NCBI GenBank assembly: GCA_951406725.2
Contig: OX597817.1
Coordinates: 19,158,001 to 19,222,000 of the forward strand
DNA length: 64,000 nucleotides
Reading direction: 5' to 3'
DNA from: Octopus vulgaris
Taxonomy: Eukaryota
The translations under genes were made by a program, and so were the position numbers. The notes beneath the pieces were generated by a model that worked only from the letters and a program-made list of their open reading frames with translations, made no database searches and was not told where the DNA came from. Shown in pieces: positions 41,119 through 55,277 of this stretch (positions are counted from its first letter, which is position 1; the number at the start of each line of letters is the position of its first letter).

Positions 41119-41300
41119 AAAATGATTACTTTTGAAAGGAATAGAACCGTTTAAAGAGACACGCGTAAACCAAGCGAATTGATAACGAGAGGCAAGGGAA
41201 TTAACCCCAGATGTTAATAGTTTCTTCTAATATCCATTCATATATGTAAATATACAAGCATTATGTAAGTACGTATATGTGTCTGTGTGTGCATATACAT

Positions 41301-41352
<52 letters not shown>

Positions 41353-41401
41353 TATATATACATATGTGTGTGTGTAATACATACATCTTCCGTCTTTCGT
41401 T

Positions 41402-41437
<36 letters not shown>

Positions 41438-41750
41438 CATACATATGTATATATATACACACATATAAATATACACACACGTACATACATACACACTCAC
41501 ACATATATAAATATGTATATATACTACAAATATAGGATAAAATGTTTTCATATATATATATGTGTGTGTGTGTGTGTGTTTGTTATGAAATTATTCAACA
41601 TACTCTACCTCCCAGTTTCACACTCTCATTGCAGCGGTCCTTCAGTTTTTCCAACACTTGGAAAAGATCTCGGAAGATTGCCCCCCCCCCCCCACCAAAA
41701 CTTTTGCAATACACTTAAAACCAGAAAATTCTCAGTACCCTCTCGTGTAT

Positions 41751-41782
<32 letters not shown>

Positions 41783-41817
41783 GTGTGTATGTGTGCATGC
41801 GTGTACGTGTGTGTACG

Positions 41818-41854
<37 letters not shown>

Positions 41855-42023
41855 TTGTGTGTGTGTGTGTATGTGTGTGTGCGTGCGTGTGTGTATGTGT
41901 TTGTACACCCGTTATGAGATCAAATATCCTTGGGGCATGTTTGAATCCGTACGAAAACCATTCACTGCCATGGAATATATTACTCGCTTTAGACAAATAG
42001 GTCTAAACACACTGAATCAGGAC

Positions 42024-42235
42024 TGCGAACTGGCAGACTCTTAAGCACGCCGGGCAAAATGCTTAGTGGCATTTCGTCAGTCTTTACGCTCCAAGTTCAA
42101 GTTCCGCCGAGGACGACTTTTCCTTTCATTTTTCTGGCTCGATTAAATAAATATCAGGTGAAATCTTGGGATGAAGCAACGACTTAACCCCGCCCCACCT
42201 CGAAATTGATGGCCTTGTGCCAAAGATGGAAATCA
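42024..42235 (+). mobile_element. SINE family B copy
   Basis: Diverged match to 30895-31110. Confidence 0.75.
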
Positions 42236-43400
42236 GTATGACACAGGACGTAAAGCAGTAACAACACAGTTTCAAAACTTGAAAAAAAAAAAAAAATTAG
42301 CAATTGCAGTGTAGCTGATTCTCTTGACATATAGAATGTTCTATAGAATGTTCTATAAAATGGACAACTATATTCCAAAGATCTTTTGAGTTAAGATACT
42401 TCACAACATAATAGTACGATACACAGGAGTTTATAACTAACTAATGAAAACGATAATATGACAACTGTGGAATCCTTGAAAATCGAGTTAAAATTCTTGC
42501 AGATTGAGAGAAAAAAAAACGGTAAAACATGAGGAAGATTTTTCAGAAGCAAACATTTCTTTATGAAAAGACATTTATATTGTGATATTTTGCATAAACA
42601 TAAAAATAAAACCATAACATTAATAAATCGTTTGAATGTTGGTAAAATATACAAAACGATTATTAAATTCAGTTTAAATCTATAAAGCGACGTATAAAAT
42701 TATGGACAATCACAAGCGTTGAGCATACTATTAATATTGTCTTGAAACATTTATGTACACGATTGTTCTGTAAACAGATATTTTATACACGAAAGATGCA
42801 CACATACATATCTATACGTACGCACACTCACACACACACACATATACACACACACACATACGCACACATATACATACATATATGGAGACATATATAAAAT
42901 TTTGTTCGCCAAATTTTATACAAAGAAGGCTGATATACATACACATACACACATTTTTTTTTTGTGTGTATCAGATTGTACTGTGTGTCCGTTGTTATCA
43001 TTATATTTAAGTATATTTCTAAAACTAAGTTAACTGCAAATTGTACTGTGTTCCTAGAGTTATTAGTTTATTACCACAATAATCTTGTTTTGATATCGTC
43101 GTTATAAAATCTATATATGTACTTACGTTTGATTTTAATTTCATTTCTAAATTTTAAGAATGTGAATTCTCTGTAGAGAAGGACATTTAGCCAGTATCAT
43201 TATTTGACAAAGATAAAATCAATGCATAAATAAACACACATTCACACACACACAAACACAAACACGCGAGCGCATGCGCATGCACAAACACGAACATACG
43301 TACATATATATATATATATATATATATGCATAACTATTCTTATGACCATATATATATCCACACATATGTGTGTGTCTGTCTGTGGGTGCCTCTGTCTTTC

Positions 43401-43437
<37 letters not shown>

Positions 43438-43446
43438 ATATATATA

Positions 43447-43954
43447 CTAGCAGTATCGCCCGGCGTTGCTCGGGTTTGTAAGGGAAATAACTATATAAGC
43501 ATTTTTAGTGAGTTATAGCAAAAAAATGCATTAAAAAATGCATTAAAAATGGAATAAAAATGATGGTAATTTTGGTGTCTTCAAGCCATGAAGTCGTTGT
43601 TCTGAAAGAACCCTGGTCTCCTTGACAACGCATTACGACGTTGATTTCGTTACACTCCCTTCCCCACAGCTTCACGAGGGAGGGAAGAAGGGGGAGAAGC
43701 AAACAGGTGCAGGTGTGACCATGGAGGCCAACTCCGCCGCCATCAACACACGAAAAATTATGCATTAAAATGGAATAAAAAATGATGTTAAATCATTTTT
43801 AAAATCGTAGACTCATCGTAGACGCGCGCTAATACTTAGACGGGCTTGATATGAATCCCGACTATAAGGTACCCGAATTTGGTTAAACTGCACCGCAAAA
43901 TGTGGGAGTAGTTAGGAATCTAAATCGAAGGGGACAGACACTCACACAACTACA

Positions 43955-43965
<11 letters not shown>
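43447..43965 (-). mobile_element. Non-autonomous Helitron
   Basis: 3' end CCCGAGCAACGCCGGG-CGATACTG-CTAG is nearly identical to that of 11447-11830; the 5' end merges into (TA)n. Confidence 0.85.
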
Positions 43966-43991
<26 letters not shown>

Positions 43992-44400
43992 GCTGCTTGC
44001 CCTAAATGGTTGAAAGGTCCGCTTCTGGAACATGAAATAGCCAGTTCGATTCCATAGCGAGCTGCTTGAGCAAATGTTACCTTTTATAGCTTTGTGAAAC
44101 TCACAATGGTATATTTGATTGAAACTGTGAAGAATCACATCGTTTAGATTGCATCTTTTATACATTGGATGCAGCTCCGTTATCATTATTTGGTACCTAG
44201 GAGTACTTGCCTGTGGAATGCTCAGCCATTGGCTTTTTAATTCGGGAGAAGACGATTTAATTTGAAAGTACTTCTGAATGCTCATTGTCGAAAGACGGAA
44301 ATACATCATATGTATAGATGTGTTTGCGAGTTTTTATATATAAATACACACCCACACACACACACGCGCATAATATATTTAAAAATATATATATATATAT

Positions 44401-44827
44401 GTGTTTGTGAAACTCTTGTATCTCTGCCGTAAGGCTTCATTTCCACAGACGCCAGCCGAATTCAGTTCATCCATAGTCGAAAGACACCTGTTGCTATGTC
44501 CTGTTACTATTATTTTCATTACATTTATATTGTATTTATATTTGTGTAACATTCCCTGTTTTTCCGTCCTTGTTTTTGTATGCATTCGATGCTTTCTTCC
44601 AAGGAATCTAATGTTGTTAGCTTAGTTTTTCCTTGGGGCTGGCCAGATTGGAGCAATCTCAAGATTAATCAACCGGAATTGTGAGGATGATGAGGTTCTT
44701 TACTGAAGATAGAAAACTTCGAATGGCTCGTCCTTGTTTTTTTGCATCGTCTATCTGAATGTTTTGTTGTCCATTTTTGTATCACCTAGTTGTCCGGATG
44801 TTTTGCGTTCTTGTCCCATTATGTATG

Positions 44828-44828
<1 letters not shown>
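44401..44828. repeat. (TA)n-embedded interspersed repeat module
   Basis: Bounded by TA tracts; its minus-strand terminus ATGGGACAAGAAC resembles the modules at 11301 and 50265. Confidence 0.45.
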
Positions 44829-44869
<41 letters not shown>

Positions 44870-45044
44870 TTTTGGGATTTGGTTTGTAAGATTCTTTCTG
44901 TAAGTTCGTGTGTTGAAGCATATTCTTTGTTTGGACGGAACGAAAATTTTAGGAAAATATAAATAAGAAATAAGTGGAAATTTTACCAGTGAATGCGTTA
45001 AATTATAAGGCACAAAAAGAAAATGACTCTCCCCAGACAAAACA

Positions 45045-45086
<42 letters not shown>

Positions 45087-46179
45087 GTAAACGTCGAACG
45101 ATGAAATGAGTGCGCAAAACCGCATTGCTGGATTTCTAATTTCTTTATTTGTTAAGAAATGTAGGAAAATATCCTACTGTCTTAACAAGTTTTTAAGCGG
45201 ATCACATGGAGAAAGGTGTTCGCCTCCACGTTGGAAAACAATCTCGCTTCATTCACGGGATTTCTTGTAAATTCGTGCGGGTAAAATAAAGAATGAGTCA
45301 AAGAGTTCGAGTAGCCCATCCCGCTCAAAAGAGCCATAAATAAGGTTGTTTAAGATTACTGAACAAAACAGCCATGTTTCCATTGCTTAATTATCCAAAC
45401 CCCTAAAATTCCTCCCAACATATGGCTATGTTGCGCGTCACTACTTCTGCTGCTCGTGATCAGAGACGCACATGTAGTCAGTCACTAAGGGACATACCTA
45501 ACTGGTTATAGTCAAGCGCCCATCTTTTATTCCTCATAAGATGGTTCGTTTGTCTACTCGTATAAGTTCAAATGTTGCTAATTGTTGAAATTTTCTCATA
45601 TAACATTTGTCTAAGCGGGCTAGTTGGCTTTCGTGTTTCATTCTTTTCGAAGTTGGAATTTGTAAGAAAAATTTTCAAATTTTCTTATTTATACAATTGA
45701 GTTAGAGACCTCAGCCAGTAAACTGAATGGAGGAGTAGGGGATGATTCCCTAAAGACAGGTGCAACTTGTGTAAGAGTCCCTCTTATTCATCTTACCCAG
45801 AGAAGGGGAAGATAACGTTTCGCTAGCGTTTAAATATACAAGTCCAAATAATAGCGCCGCTGCTATTGCAGCCAACGAACAGCAGTAGCAAAAACAACAA
45901 CATTAAAAAAGAGCAACAACTACAGCAGTAATAGCGTTGAAGGCAGAATTTTGCTCGTGGAATTTGAGGAAGTGTATTCAGCGTTCAGAGATTTAAGTTA
46001 AATCAATATATCGTAGCATGTGTTTAACAGAAATTGTGTGTACTCAAGTAGATGTACGACTGATGCTTTTACGTTTAGAAATCCTTGTAGATTTTCACAA
46101 GTCCCTCTGCCTTTTGCATAGTTATTAAAAACAAGACAGCAAACGCAAAATATAGTATAGCTATATATATATATATATA

Positions 46180-46455
46180 TAATCCACAAAGACGTGTAGT
46201 AAGTAAACAAACGAACATTTAGTAAATACACAGGCGGTCTCGTCTTGAGCCCGTTTCGTTTTGTTATGTTTTCCTTCCATTCGCGGCAAGATTGTTGCCG
46301 GTGCCTCTAGAGAGGAAGCGATCTAATCGATAATGGCAGCAATTGCGTTTGACCCTCCGGTCAATAACTGATGAGAAGTTGGTGACCTTCTGTGTTTTCC
46401 GTTCGCTTGTGTATTTACTATACGTTCGTTCGTTTATTTACCAAACATTTCTGTG

Positions 46456-46460
<5 letters not shown>
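46180..46460. repeat. TA-flanked module with ~57-bp imperfect terminal inverted repeats
   Basis: Arms 46180-46236 and 46404-46460 are diverged reverse complements. Confidence 0.75.
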
Positions 46461-46503
<43 letters not shown>

Positions 46504-46555
46504 CTATGTCACTTTTTCCGTTTCTCGACTTCTTTTTATTTAATCCTGAAAAACA

Positions 46556-46786
<231 letters not shown>

Positions 46787-46831
46787 ATAATAAATCTTAG
46801 AGCGAGTTATAAACAGTAGCTACAACACATC

Positions 46832-47035
46832 GTGACGTATATTTAGCCATTTAAATATGGCTAACCCTTAAGTGTGGATGCTACTGTAGTTTGTAGCCCC
46901 AGGAGGACACCTCCTCCAGTAGGGCACAGAAAGTGTGTCTATAGCCAGCTGGAGGAGGTGTCCTCCTGGGGCTACAAACTACAGTAGCATCCACACTTAG
47001 GGGTTAGCCATATTTAAATGGCAAATATACGTCAC
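46832..47035. repeat. ~88-bp near-perfect inverted repeat with a 29-bp spacer
   Basis: Arms 46832-46919 and 46949-47035. Confidence 0.9.
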
Positions 47036-47051
47036 TATATATACGTATGTG

Positions 47052-47355
47052 TGGAGGCGCAATAGCCTAGTGGTTAGGGCAGCGGACTCGCGGTTGCAGG
47101 ATCGCGGTTTCGATTCCCAGACCGGGCGTTGTGAGTGTTTATTGAGCGAAAACACCTAAAAACTCCACGAGGCTCCGGCAGGGGGTGGTGATCCCTGCTG
47201 TAGTCTTTCAGCACTCTTTCTCCCACTCTTTCTTCTGTTGGCCTGCTCGCTCAGCCAGCGGGGTGGCGTCATTCGAAGGCGAAAACAATCGAACGCATTG
47301 TTACCAGCGATGTGTAACAACATCTGATGGTCTGGTCGGTCACGTGATCACGTGA
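47052..47355 (+). mobile_element. tRNA-derived SINE family C, tail type 1 ending in (CACGTGAT)n
   Basis: A-box TAGCCTAGTGG and B-box GGTTTCGATTCCC; head shared with 47953-48463 and 60935-61323. Confidence 0.85.
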
Positions 47356-47377
47356 TATATATGTATGTATGTATGTA

Positions 47378-47475
<98 letters not shown>

Positions 47476-47535
47476 ACTATGTTTATCGTCAGCATGGAGA
47501 ATTCGTTCGACTCTATTCTTTCATTTATTCATATA

Positions 47536-47569
<34 letters not shown>

Positions 47570-47952
47570 CATGTATGTATGTATGCGTATTAGGTTAACG
47601 CTCAGTTTAAGATGGAAAGAAAGATGGAGTGTGACGTTTCGAGCATGGCTTTCCGTAAAAAAAGAGACAAGTAGAATGGTCCAGAGAAAAGGAGAAGAAT
47701 AGTCCGAGAAAAGTGCTTATGTGTTTACATGGAAATGAAGTGAGAAAGTGAATTCTTAAGGCAAGAGAGGGTGAATGATTTTCTGTGCGTGCGCATGAGT
47801 GTGTATATGAGTGTTTGTGTGTGTGTGGTAGCATCTGTTTGCGCGTATTGTGCTCATGTGAGTTGTGTACATGTGAGGGGTTGGTGTTGACAGGTTTATA
47901 GCAGAAGTTAGATTTGGTGGTGAGAGGCGACATATGTGTGATTCAGTTGTCG

Positions 47953-48463
47953 TCTTTTTCTTCTTCTTCTTCTTCTTCTTCTTCTTCCAATCAGGACTCA
48001 CGCCATTAGCCACAAACAATAATCTCTAATTCGAGCCTACTCTAAGCTGCCAAGAAAGCGTGTGGCAACTTGAAGATCCACCCAACACACCCGATTGACT
48101 GGCCGTAGCACGGGCGCGGAAGCAACGTTGTTATCCTCATTCCGTAAACGGTGGGTTTTAACGGGTGGAGAGCTGAACCATCCTGGGGTACAAAGGATTC
48201 GCAATCTAGGCTAGGGTCTGAAAGTGTACCACACCATAGTGGGTTACACCATGATTCCTCTGCTTTGGCAGAAGCAGGAAGAAAGAGTGAGAGAATGTTG
48301 TGGTGAAAGAGTACAGCGGGGTTCACCACCATCCCCCGCCGGAGCGTCGTGAAGCTTAGGTGTCTTTGTTCAATAAACACTCACAATGCGCGGTCTGGGA
48401 ATCGAAGCCGCGTTCTTACGACTGCGAGTCCTCTGCCCTAACCACTGGGCCATTGCGCCTCCA
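47953..48463 (-). mobile_element. SINE family C, tail type 2 ending in (GAA)n
   Basis: Same ~185-bp head, a different ~290-bp 3' part, and a (GAA)n tail. Confidence 0.8.
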
Positions 48464-48554
48464 CTTCCGTTGGTGTTGCAGTGTGTGTTAGTATGTTTTT
48501 TGTGTGTGAGTGTGTGTGGGTTGGCATGGGTGGAAGGTCTTTTGTTCATCCCAG

Positions 48555-48620
<66 letters not shown>

Positions 48621-48630
48621 TGTCTATATA

Positions 48631-49533
48631 TAAATAAAACTTAGGTTTGTTTCGACTAAAGATTGGTCCAGGCCATGTGTAACTTAATAGCACCACCTGA
48701 TAGAATTATGTAAATCCTCTTTAAGTCAAGTTTTGTTTATGGTCTATTCAAGTAGTGAGTGCTTGTTGAGTGTGAGTTGTATCCAGATATGGGTGACTTA
48801 TCCGGTATTCCTTGAAGAAACCTGTCCAGACTCCGTTTAAAGGTGATGGGATCCTTTTTCTCTTTGATAAGTTTTGGGACAATATTAAACAGGGCAGGAC
48901 CTTTTGAGGAAAAGAAATTATGTCGCAGTGTACCTATATGTTGTGATCCGTAATTGGGCAGGGGGAGTACGGCCCGTGGTCCCAGCCTTGTATGAACCTT
49001 GAGACTAATGTTCAGGTCGTTTGGGCAATGCTGGCGGTATATTTTCCACATCGTACAAATGATGTACCGATCGCAGCGGCGCTGGAGCGAGTAGAGGTTC
49101 AAGGCTTTAAGGCTGTCCCAGTAATAGAGCTCACTCATGAGTCGTTTAGTATGTGCCCTCTGGGGTGATTCAATTCTCGAGATGTTTTGTTTTGTATGGG
49201 GAGACCACGCGGGGCAGCAGTATGTGCGGAGTGGCCGTACAAAGGAGGAGAAAAGTGGAATGATGACATCTTGTTATCTGGACCGGAAGGTTCTTAAGAA
49301 CCGAGAGCTCATCCTACGAGCTATATCGACCTTATTTTTGATGTGGGAACTCCAACTGAGATTGTTATCAACAATTACACCCAGGTCTCTGATATTATTA
49401 GAAGCTGTGAGCGGGTCCCCAGAAGGAAGAGAGTATGGCTGTTTTAGTATAGACCTTCTTCTAAAATGCAACAGTTCAAATTTCCTTTGTTCAGTTGCAT
49501 TTTGTTTTTGTCTGCCCATTGACTCACAGCATA
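48631..49533 (-). mobile_element. CR1-group LINE 3' fragment (RT C-terminus and 3' UTR), frameshifted
   Basis: QWADKNKMQLN, KFELL, DLGVIVDNNLSWSSHI, YCCPAWSP, LNLYSLQRR, LDRFLQGIPD. Confidence 0.9.
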
Positions 49534-49535
49534 TA

Positions 49536-49722
49536 TTGGGTTGTCCGGAAAGTTCGTGCCGAATTTTAAAGGAAAGAAAAAGATCAATAAATACTTGCCA
49601 TTACATCAACCAAATATAAACCATTTTGTTGCACAATGCGTCTCCCTCTTTTCTTTAACTTGAAAATACGCTCTTCCCAGAATTGAGGTGGCTTCATGGC
49701 AAAGAATTCATCAAGGTATCTC
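49536..49722 (-). mobile_element. Mariner 3' end (TIR plus transposase C-terminus) inserted at a TA in the LINE
   Basis: TA followed by the TIR-like TTGGGTTGTCCGGAAAGTTCGTGCCG; minus strand encodes YLDEFFAMKPPQFWEERIFKL...IVQQNGLYL. Confidence 0.8.
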
Positions 49723-50436
49723 TTTACTGGCAGGGCCGTTGGTCAGTGGTCCTGCTGTAGTAGCAGTGGAAGACTGTTGCTTTGGTTGCTATAGCGGCAG
49801 TGAAACTTGACTTACAACAGAGGGGCTGGGTGGAATTAGGTCAGATAGTGGTGCCAAGCAAGGTGCTTCCAATGTAATATCAGTAGCAGGCTGTTTTTGT
49901 GGCAGTGAGACCTGGCTTGCCACGGTAGTGTTGGGTGAAATTAGGTCAGATAGTTGTTGGCTAGCGGGTCGTTGAAGTGACCCTTTTGACCTGTTGGTGT
50001 TGGGTCAGTTGGTGCACTACATCCATTGACTAGTATGTATATAAATTTGTGTAATTTTATCCTCCGATGATAGTAAGTAGAATTCAAGTGTTCTGGGACT
50101 AAAAACAAGGAACGTTACTGCTGGTTTGAGTTGAAATCTGTTTCTTTGGTTATTGACTAGCCGTAGCTATGAAAAATACATCTTGTCAAGACAATATATA
50201 AATATATGCATAGACACATACAAATATGTACATTCCTACATATATATGTATATATACATGCATATATGGGCACAAGACTTCAAAAATAAACGTGAACAAA
50301 ATGTGAAACGGGAACATAAAAAACAAAAACATAGAAAACGAACTTTATTTTTAACAACGAAAGAAACAAATAGACAAACGAGACAGGCAACATAAAAAAC
50401 ATTCCCTTCATCAGTTGCTCCCTGTTTTATCTACTC

Positions 50437-50469
<33 letters not shown>

Positions 50470-50562
50470 AGGACATCCGACTCACTAGAAAGAGCAGCTA
50501 AACTCTAAACCACTATAAGTGGTTTAGAGTTTAGCTGCTCTTTCTAGTGAGTCGGATGTCCT
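50470..50562. repeat. Perfect 45-bp-arm palindrome with a 3-nt loop, adjacent to (TA)n
   Basis: 50470-50514 is the reverse complement of 50518-50562. Confidence 0.95.
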
Positions 50563-50688
50563 ATTATAGCCATCCCTTATATGTTTGAATGTATATTATA
50601 TAGTCTATTGACTACTTTTTTCTTTCTCACTTGACCGCTGGTAGCGGAGAATTTTCCTACAATTTTTTGCTACCCTAAAATTTATTAA

Positions 50689-50750
<62 letters not shown>

Positions 50751-50788
50751 CTACCCTAAAATTTATTAATTAATATATATATATATAT

Positions 50789-50980
50789 TCAAGGAATACC
50801 AGATAAGCCACCAATACCTGGATACAACTAACTCAACAAGAACTCACTATTTGAATGGACCATAAACAAAACTTGACTCTAAAAAGATTTAGATAATCCT
50901 ATAAGGTAGTGCTATTAACTTAGACATGTCCTGGACAAGCCTTTAGTCGAAACTTTACTAAGTTTTATCTAAGTTTTAAG
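50789..50980 (+). mobile_element. 5'-truncated 3' end of the same CR1-group LINE family
   Basis: Reverse-complement match to 48635-48815 (QGIPDKPPIPGY and UTR); ends in repeated CTAAGTTTT. Confidence 0.8.
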
Positions 50981-50992
50981 TTATATATATAA

Positions 50993-51056
<64 letters not shown>

Positions 51057-53357
51057 GATATAATATATACATACATACATGCAAAACATACTTGTACTAA
51101 CATACCCAAATTTGCAGACGTCAAAAACACATAGGTGCATATATATATATAAATATATATATATAATGAATTCTATATTTCTATGTATTTGCGTGTTTGT
51201 GTGTTCGCATATATATGCATATTTTTTTCTATGTGCCTATGTCATTTTGTATATGTGTTGCAGATAACTTAAATGTACACACATTTTAGTCAATAAATAG
51301 ATATTCTAATTTTACAATTATTTCCTACGCAAATTTATCTGGGGAATTCTTTTACTTTTTTTTTTGTTTGCGAAGACTACTGAAGATGGGAGAGAACAAA
51401 TATAATATTGATTTCTATCGTCTACGTAGAAGACTTCATTTTGGTAGAATGGTTTTATATGAGAATAATATAGCTGTAGTACATATTGTTACTTTATCTG
51501 CTCACAGAATGGGAATTCACAGGGTACACTCTGCGTGGCCACTCGAACTGCTAGAAATAAGAATCAAATGATACTAGAATCTCTATTGATATAAATATTG
51601 TCACAATGATTAATATATGTCATGGAAGAGAAAACTTAATTATCATAGGCAGGGGTTACGTTTTGAGACACCATTGATTCCTAGCATACGGATGACTTGG
51701 TACAAAACTTCAATCTACAGAAGGAACAAAGCCGAAAATATGTTTCTTGATTCCTGAAATTGTTCCTTTGAATATGTATATAACGTATAACTAATTAATA
51801 TGGCGTGATTCAATCCTGGTGTCAAATTAATCTATCGGTGTATCTTCCGACACCTGTTTGTGTGCATGCGTGTACGCGCTTGTTTGTTTGATAACTTTCC
51901 GTCGTTATAATTTCCATTTCATCAAGTTTAACCCCAATACATACTAGTAATAGACAGAAACCAATCTAAACGTATATACCTCGCAACCACATTGTGGTAA
52001 CAGAAATTTTACCCTAGAAAGTTATTGCCTCATACCTTTTCAAACGGTTTCCTGTCGGGAAATTAGTTCCTCCAGTGGGATGTGTTTACATTTCTTTCGA
52101 GTTCCACATCAAAATATTCTATAATCTATATTGTACGTTTTATTTTAAATTGAACTTTACGTACTAATCGTACTGTTTGCATCATGATTTGTATATTGGC
52201 TTTCCAAAATATAGCAGAAATGGTTTCAAGTATTAAAAAAAATATGTATAATTAACATATCATTTTATAAACACACTACTGATGAAAATTGCACATTGAA
52301 ACTTCTTTATTGTCAATAATAAATTAACTTGGTTAATGATATCATCTATAAATAAAAGGGTTGAGAAGAAAAAAATTTAGGTGAGAACGTTATACTTCTT
52401 TCCTTCACAATGTTCGCAAAGTTGATTGGCTAGATTACAGATCACTGCTGAAAATCGATAATCAATTAGGTACATTGCTATGTGGGATAACATCTTCGAA
52501 AAATTCACGTCGTAGAAAATGTTTATATCAGACATAAAACCGATGGAATATTTGATGAAGAAAGATAATGACAAGAACAGTGTGTCCGATTTCTAGAAAA
52601 TCCAATTTCGTGTTATCGGTGAACCGATAGTCATGAATAGGCGCTCAGCAGCAGAGTGCAAGTTCTCGCAGAAAACACGCTGATAGGTAAGAATCTACTA
52701 CCGTAAAATCAAATCCGTTTATCCAAACACTCTGTGTTCTTTCAAGTAAAAAATCCTTGAAAAGAAAGTATGAGTGTAGGAGTAATCTTCTATCTGCAAC
52801 ACAATCTACAAGAGTTATATTTATTATAATAGTTGTAGTCGTTGTTGTCATTACGATCATTAATCTTGCTACGATGTTGCGATAGCATCAATAAAGTGAC
52901 ATTAGATGTTTTGCACAGCAACATATTGTGCTAGATGCTATTTCCAGTACTACCCGATAGTGTTGATTGATGTTAGTTTTATTCCGCTGTTATAATCATC
53001 ATTGGAGAATATCACTTTCGACAGCTACACCGCCTTATTCATAAAACAAATAAGAAATATATATGATAGCCAAGATATAAATAGGCATGATTTCTTACAG
53101 TAGCTCAGCAATTCTTAGTTAACTTTAATAAATTCTTGCAAAGGGCGGTTATTGTAGTAGAGCAGTATTTATATAATCGACCCAAAACAAATGACAGTCG
53201 ATCACGTCGGTAGGATTTTAATTGTGAAAATATTCTTATATGGACAAAAAAAAAAATATTCCATACAGTATGGGTTCGCTGGGTTTGATGGCTAAGTGAG
53301 AACGAAACAACGAAAGTAGCGGAAATGTAACTACTACTACTACTAAGATTACTATTG

Positions 53358-53358
53358 C

Positions 53359-53419
<61 letters not shown>

Positions 53420-53588
53420 CTTTTCTACTATAGACGCAAGCCCTGAAATTTTCGGGGACGGGGATAGTCGATTTAACCCATGTCAGGTAAAGGTGACCTC
53501 GACGGAATTTGACATCGAAACATAAAGACGGACGAAATACTGCAAAGCATTTTGTCTGACGTGCTAACTATTCTGCTAGGTCGTTACC

Positions 53589-53637
<49 letters not shown>

Positions 53638-54450
53638 TGATGATGATGATGATGATGATGGTGATGATAATAATCCTTTCTACGTTGGGCACAAGGCCTG
53701 AAATTCTGGGGGAGAGATAAGTCGATTACATCAACCTGTTGTTTGACTGGTAATTATTTTATCCACATCCAAAGGGAGGAAAGGCATACTCAACCTCGGT
53801 GGAATTTCAGCTCAGAATGTCAAGACCGACGAAATAATACTAAGCATTTTGCTTGGCGTGCTAAAGATTTCGCCAGTTTGCCACCTTAATAACAACAACA
53901 ATAATAAGGAAGGCGAAAAAATAGATAAACACAACCCTCTTAAGTGCGAAAAACCCCGGCTATGGAAAATAAAGAAAGTGAAGATAGTGCCATTCATTGT
54001 TGGGTCCTTGGGGACAGTATCGAAAGGCATCAAGAGGTGTATAAAGGAAATTGAAATAGAGTGCCCAATAGAACTGTTACAAAAGATTTGCCTCCTTGCA
54101 ACGGCCAGAATTAGTTAGCTGAAAAGAACAGATAGCACGGTACCGTACGCTGTAGGTAGCAAGCCCTCTACGCATGCAAGATTTCAGGAGTTTCAATTAA
54201 ACTTGTGATGAAAACAAAATAGCAACAATAGTAATAACAGTTTCAAATTTTTCCACAATGGCAGCAATTTTGGGGGAGAGGTTAAGTCGATAACATCGAC
54301 CCTAGTATTCAACTGGTACTTATTTTTATCGACCCAGAAAGGATGAAAGGCACAGTCAACCTCGGCGGAATTTGAAATCAGAACGTAGCGACGGGTGAAA
54401 TACCGCTAAACATTTAGCCCAACGTGCTAACGAGTCTGCAAGATTGTCGT

Positions 54451-54538
<88 letters not shown>

Positions 54539-54652
54539 TTATGATGCATGTGCCTAGTGTACCCTTATCAGACGGGTCGTCATGATGGGTATACTGGGCT
54601 TCGTATATTTTACCCCAGGGTCGCTTTGATGACATGCACTGTCCTCTCACTC

Positions 54653-54715
<63 letters not shown>

Positions 54716-54830
54716 CCTTTCGACTATAGGCCTAAACTTTGGAGGATGGGATAGTCGATTTCAACTGGTACTTATTTTATCGATCCCGAAAGGATGAAAG
54801 GTAAAGTCGGCCTCCGCGGAATTTGCATAT
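53358..54830 (-). repeat. Cluster of about 4 SINE family B copies alternating with (AAT)n tracts
   Basis: Minus-strand family B motifs near 53420-53590, 53675-53885, 54240-54450 and 54715-54825. Confidence 0.75.
53905..54235 (+). mobile_element. R4/Dong-like RLE LINE C-terminal fragment
   Basis: RLWKIKKVKIVPFIVGSLGTVSKG...IELLQKICLLATARI is characteristic of R4/Dong ORF ends. Confidence 0.75.
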
Positions 54831-55089
54831 ATTAAGCTACGGTTGTTTCTTCCGCAACCAACACTCTAATAGCTGGGTACTTTGGTGTAATGTTTGGATC
54901 ATTGTATCTGCTTTCATTATTTCTTGAAGATATTGCCGTTATTGGTGTGGTTGTAATAATTACACTTTTTCACATCATTGCTGCCTTCATTCTCATCGTT
55001 GTTGCCGTTATTATGCTTGTTTTTTTAAAAATATTTTTGCTGCTGCTTATGTAGTTTCTGAGCTTCTTATTACGTCGATTCTGAAGTTA

Positions 55090-55220
55090 GGAAGCTGACG
55101 GAATCGATAACACGCCGGACAAAAATTCATAGCGACATTTCTCCTATCTTTTCTTTCTGAGTTCAAATTCCGTCGAGGTCGACTTAACCTTTCACGGTCG
55201 ATAAAATAAATACTAGCTGT
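55090..55220 (+). mobile_element. SINE family B partial copy
   Basis: Head plus GAGTTCAAATTCCGTCGAGGTCGAC and GTCGATAAAATAAATAC. Confidence 0.7.
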
Positions 55221-55277
55221 GCCGGTATTTGAAAGAATTATTACTTAGTTTCTATCTAAAGTGAAGAACTTTAAGTG

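Noticed and set aside
46366-46395. CTGATGA plus hairpin here, and similar minus-strand motifs near 11365-11390 and 50400-50415, as hammerheads
   Set aside because: No GAAA or stem III follows stem II.
47052-47125. tRNA-like heads of SINE families A, B and C as tRNA genes
   Set aside because: They continue into SINE bodies and tails and lack complete cloverleaf pairing.
52275-52312. CTGATGA...GAAA match, and a minus-strand match near 19805-19860
   Set aside because: Stem I does not pair; consistent with chance in AT-rich DNA.
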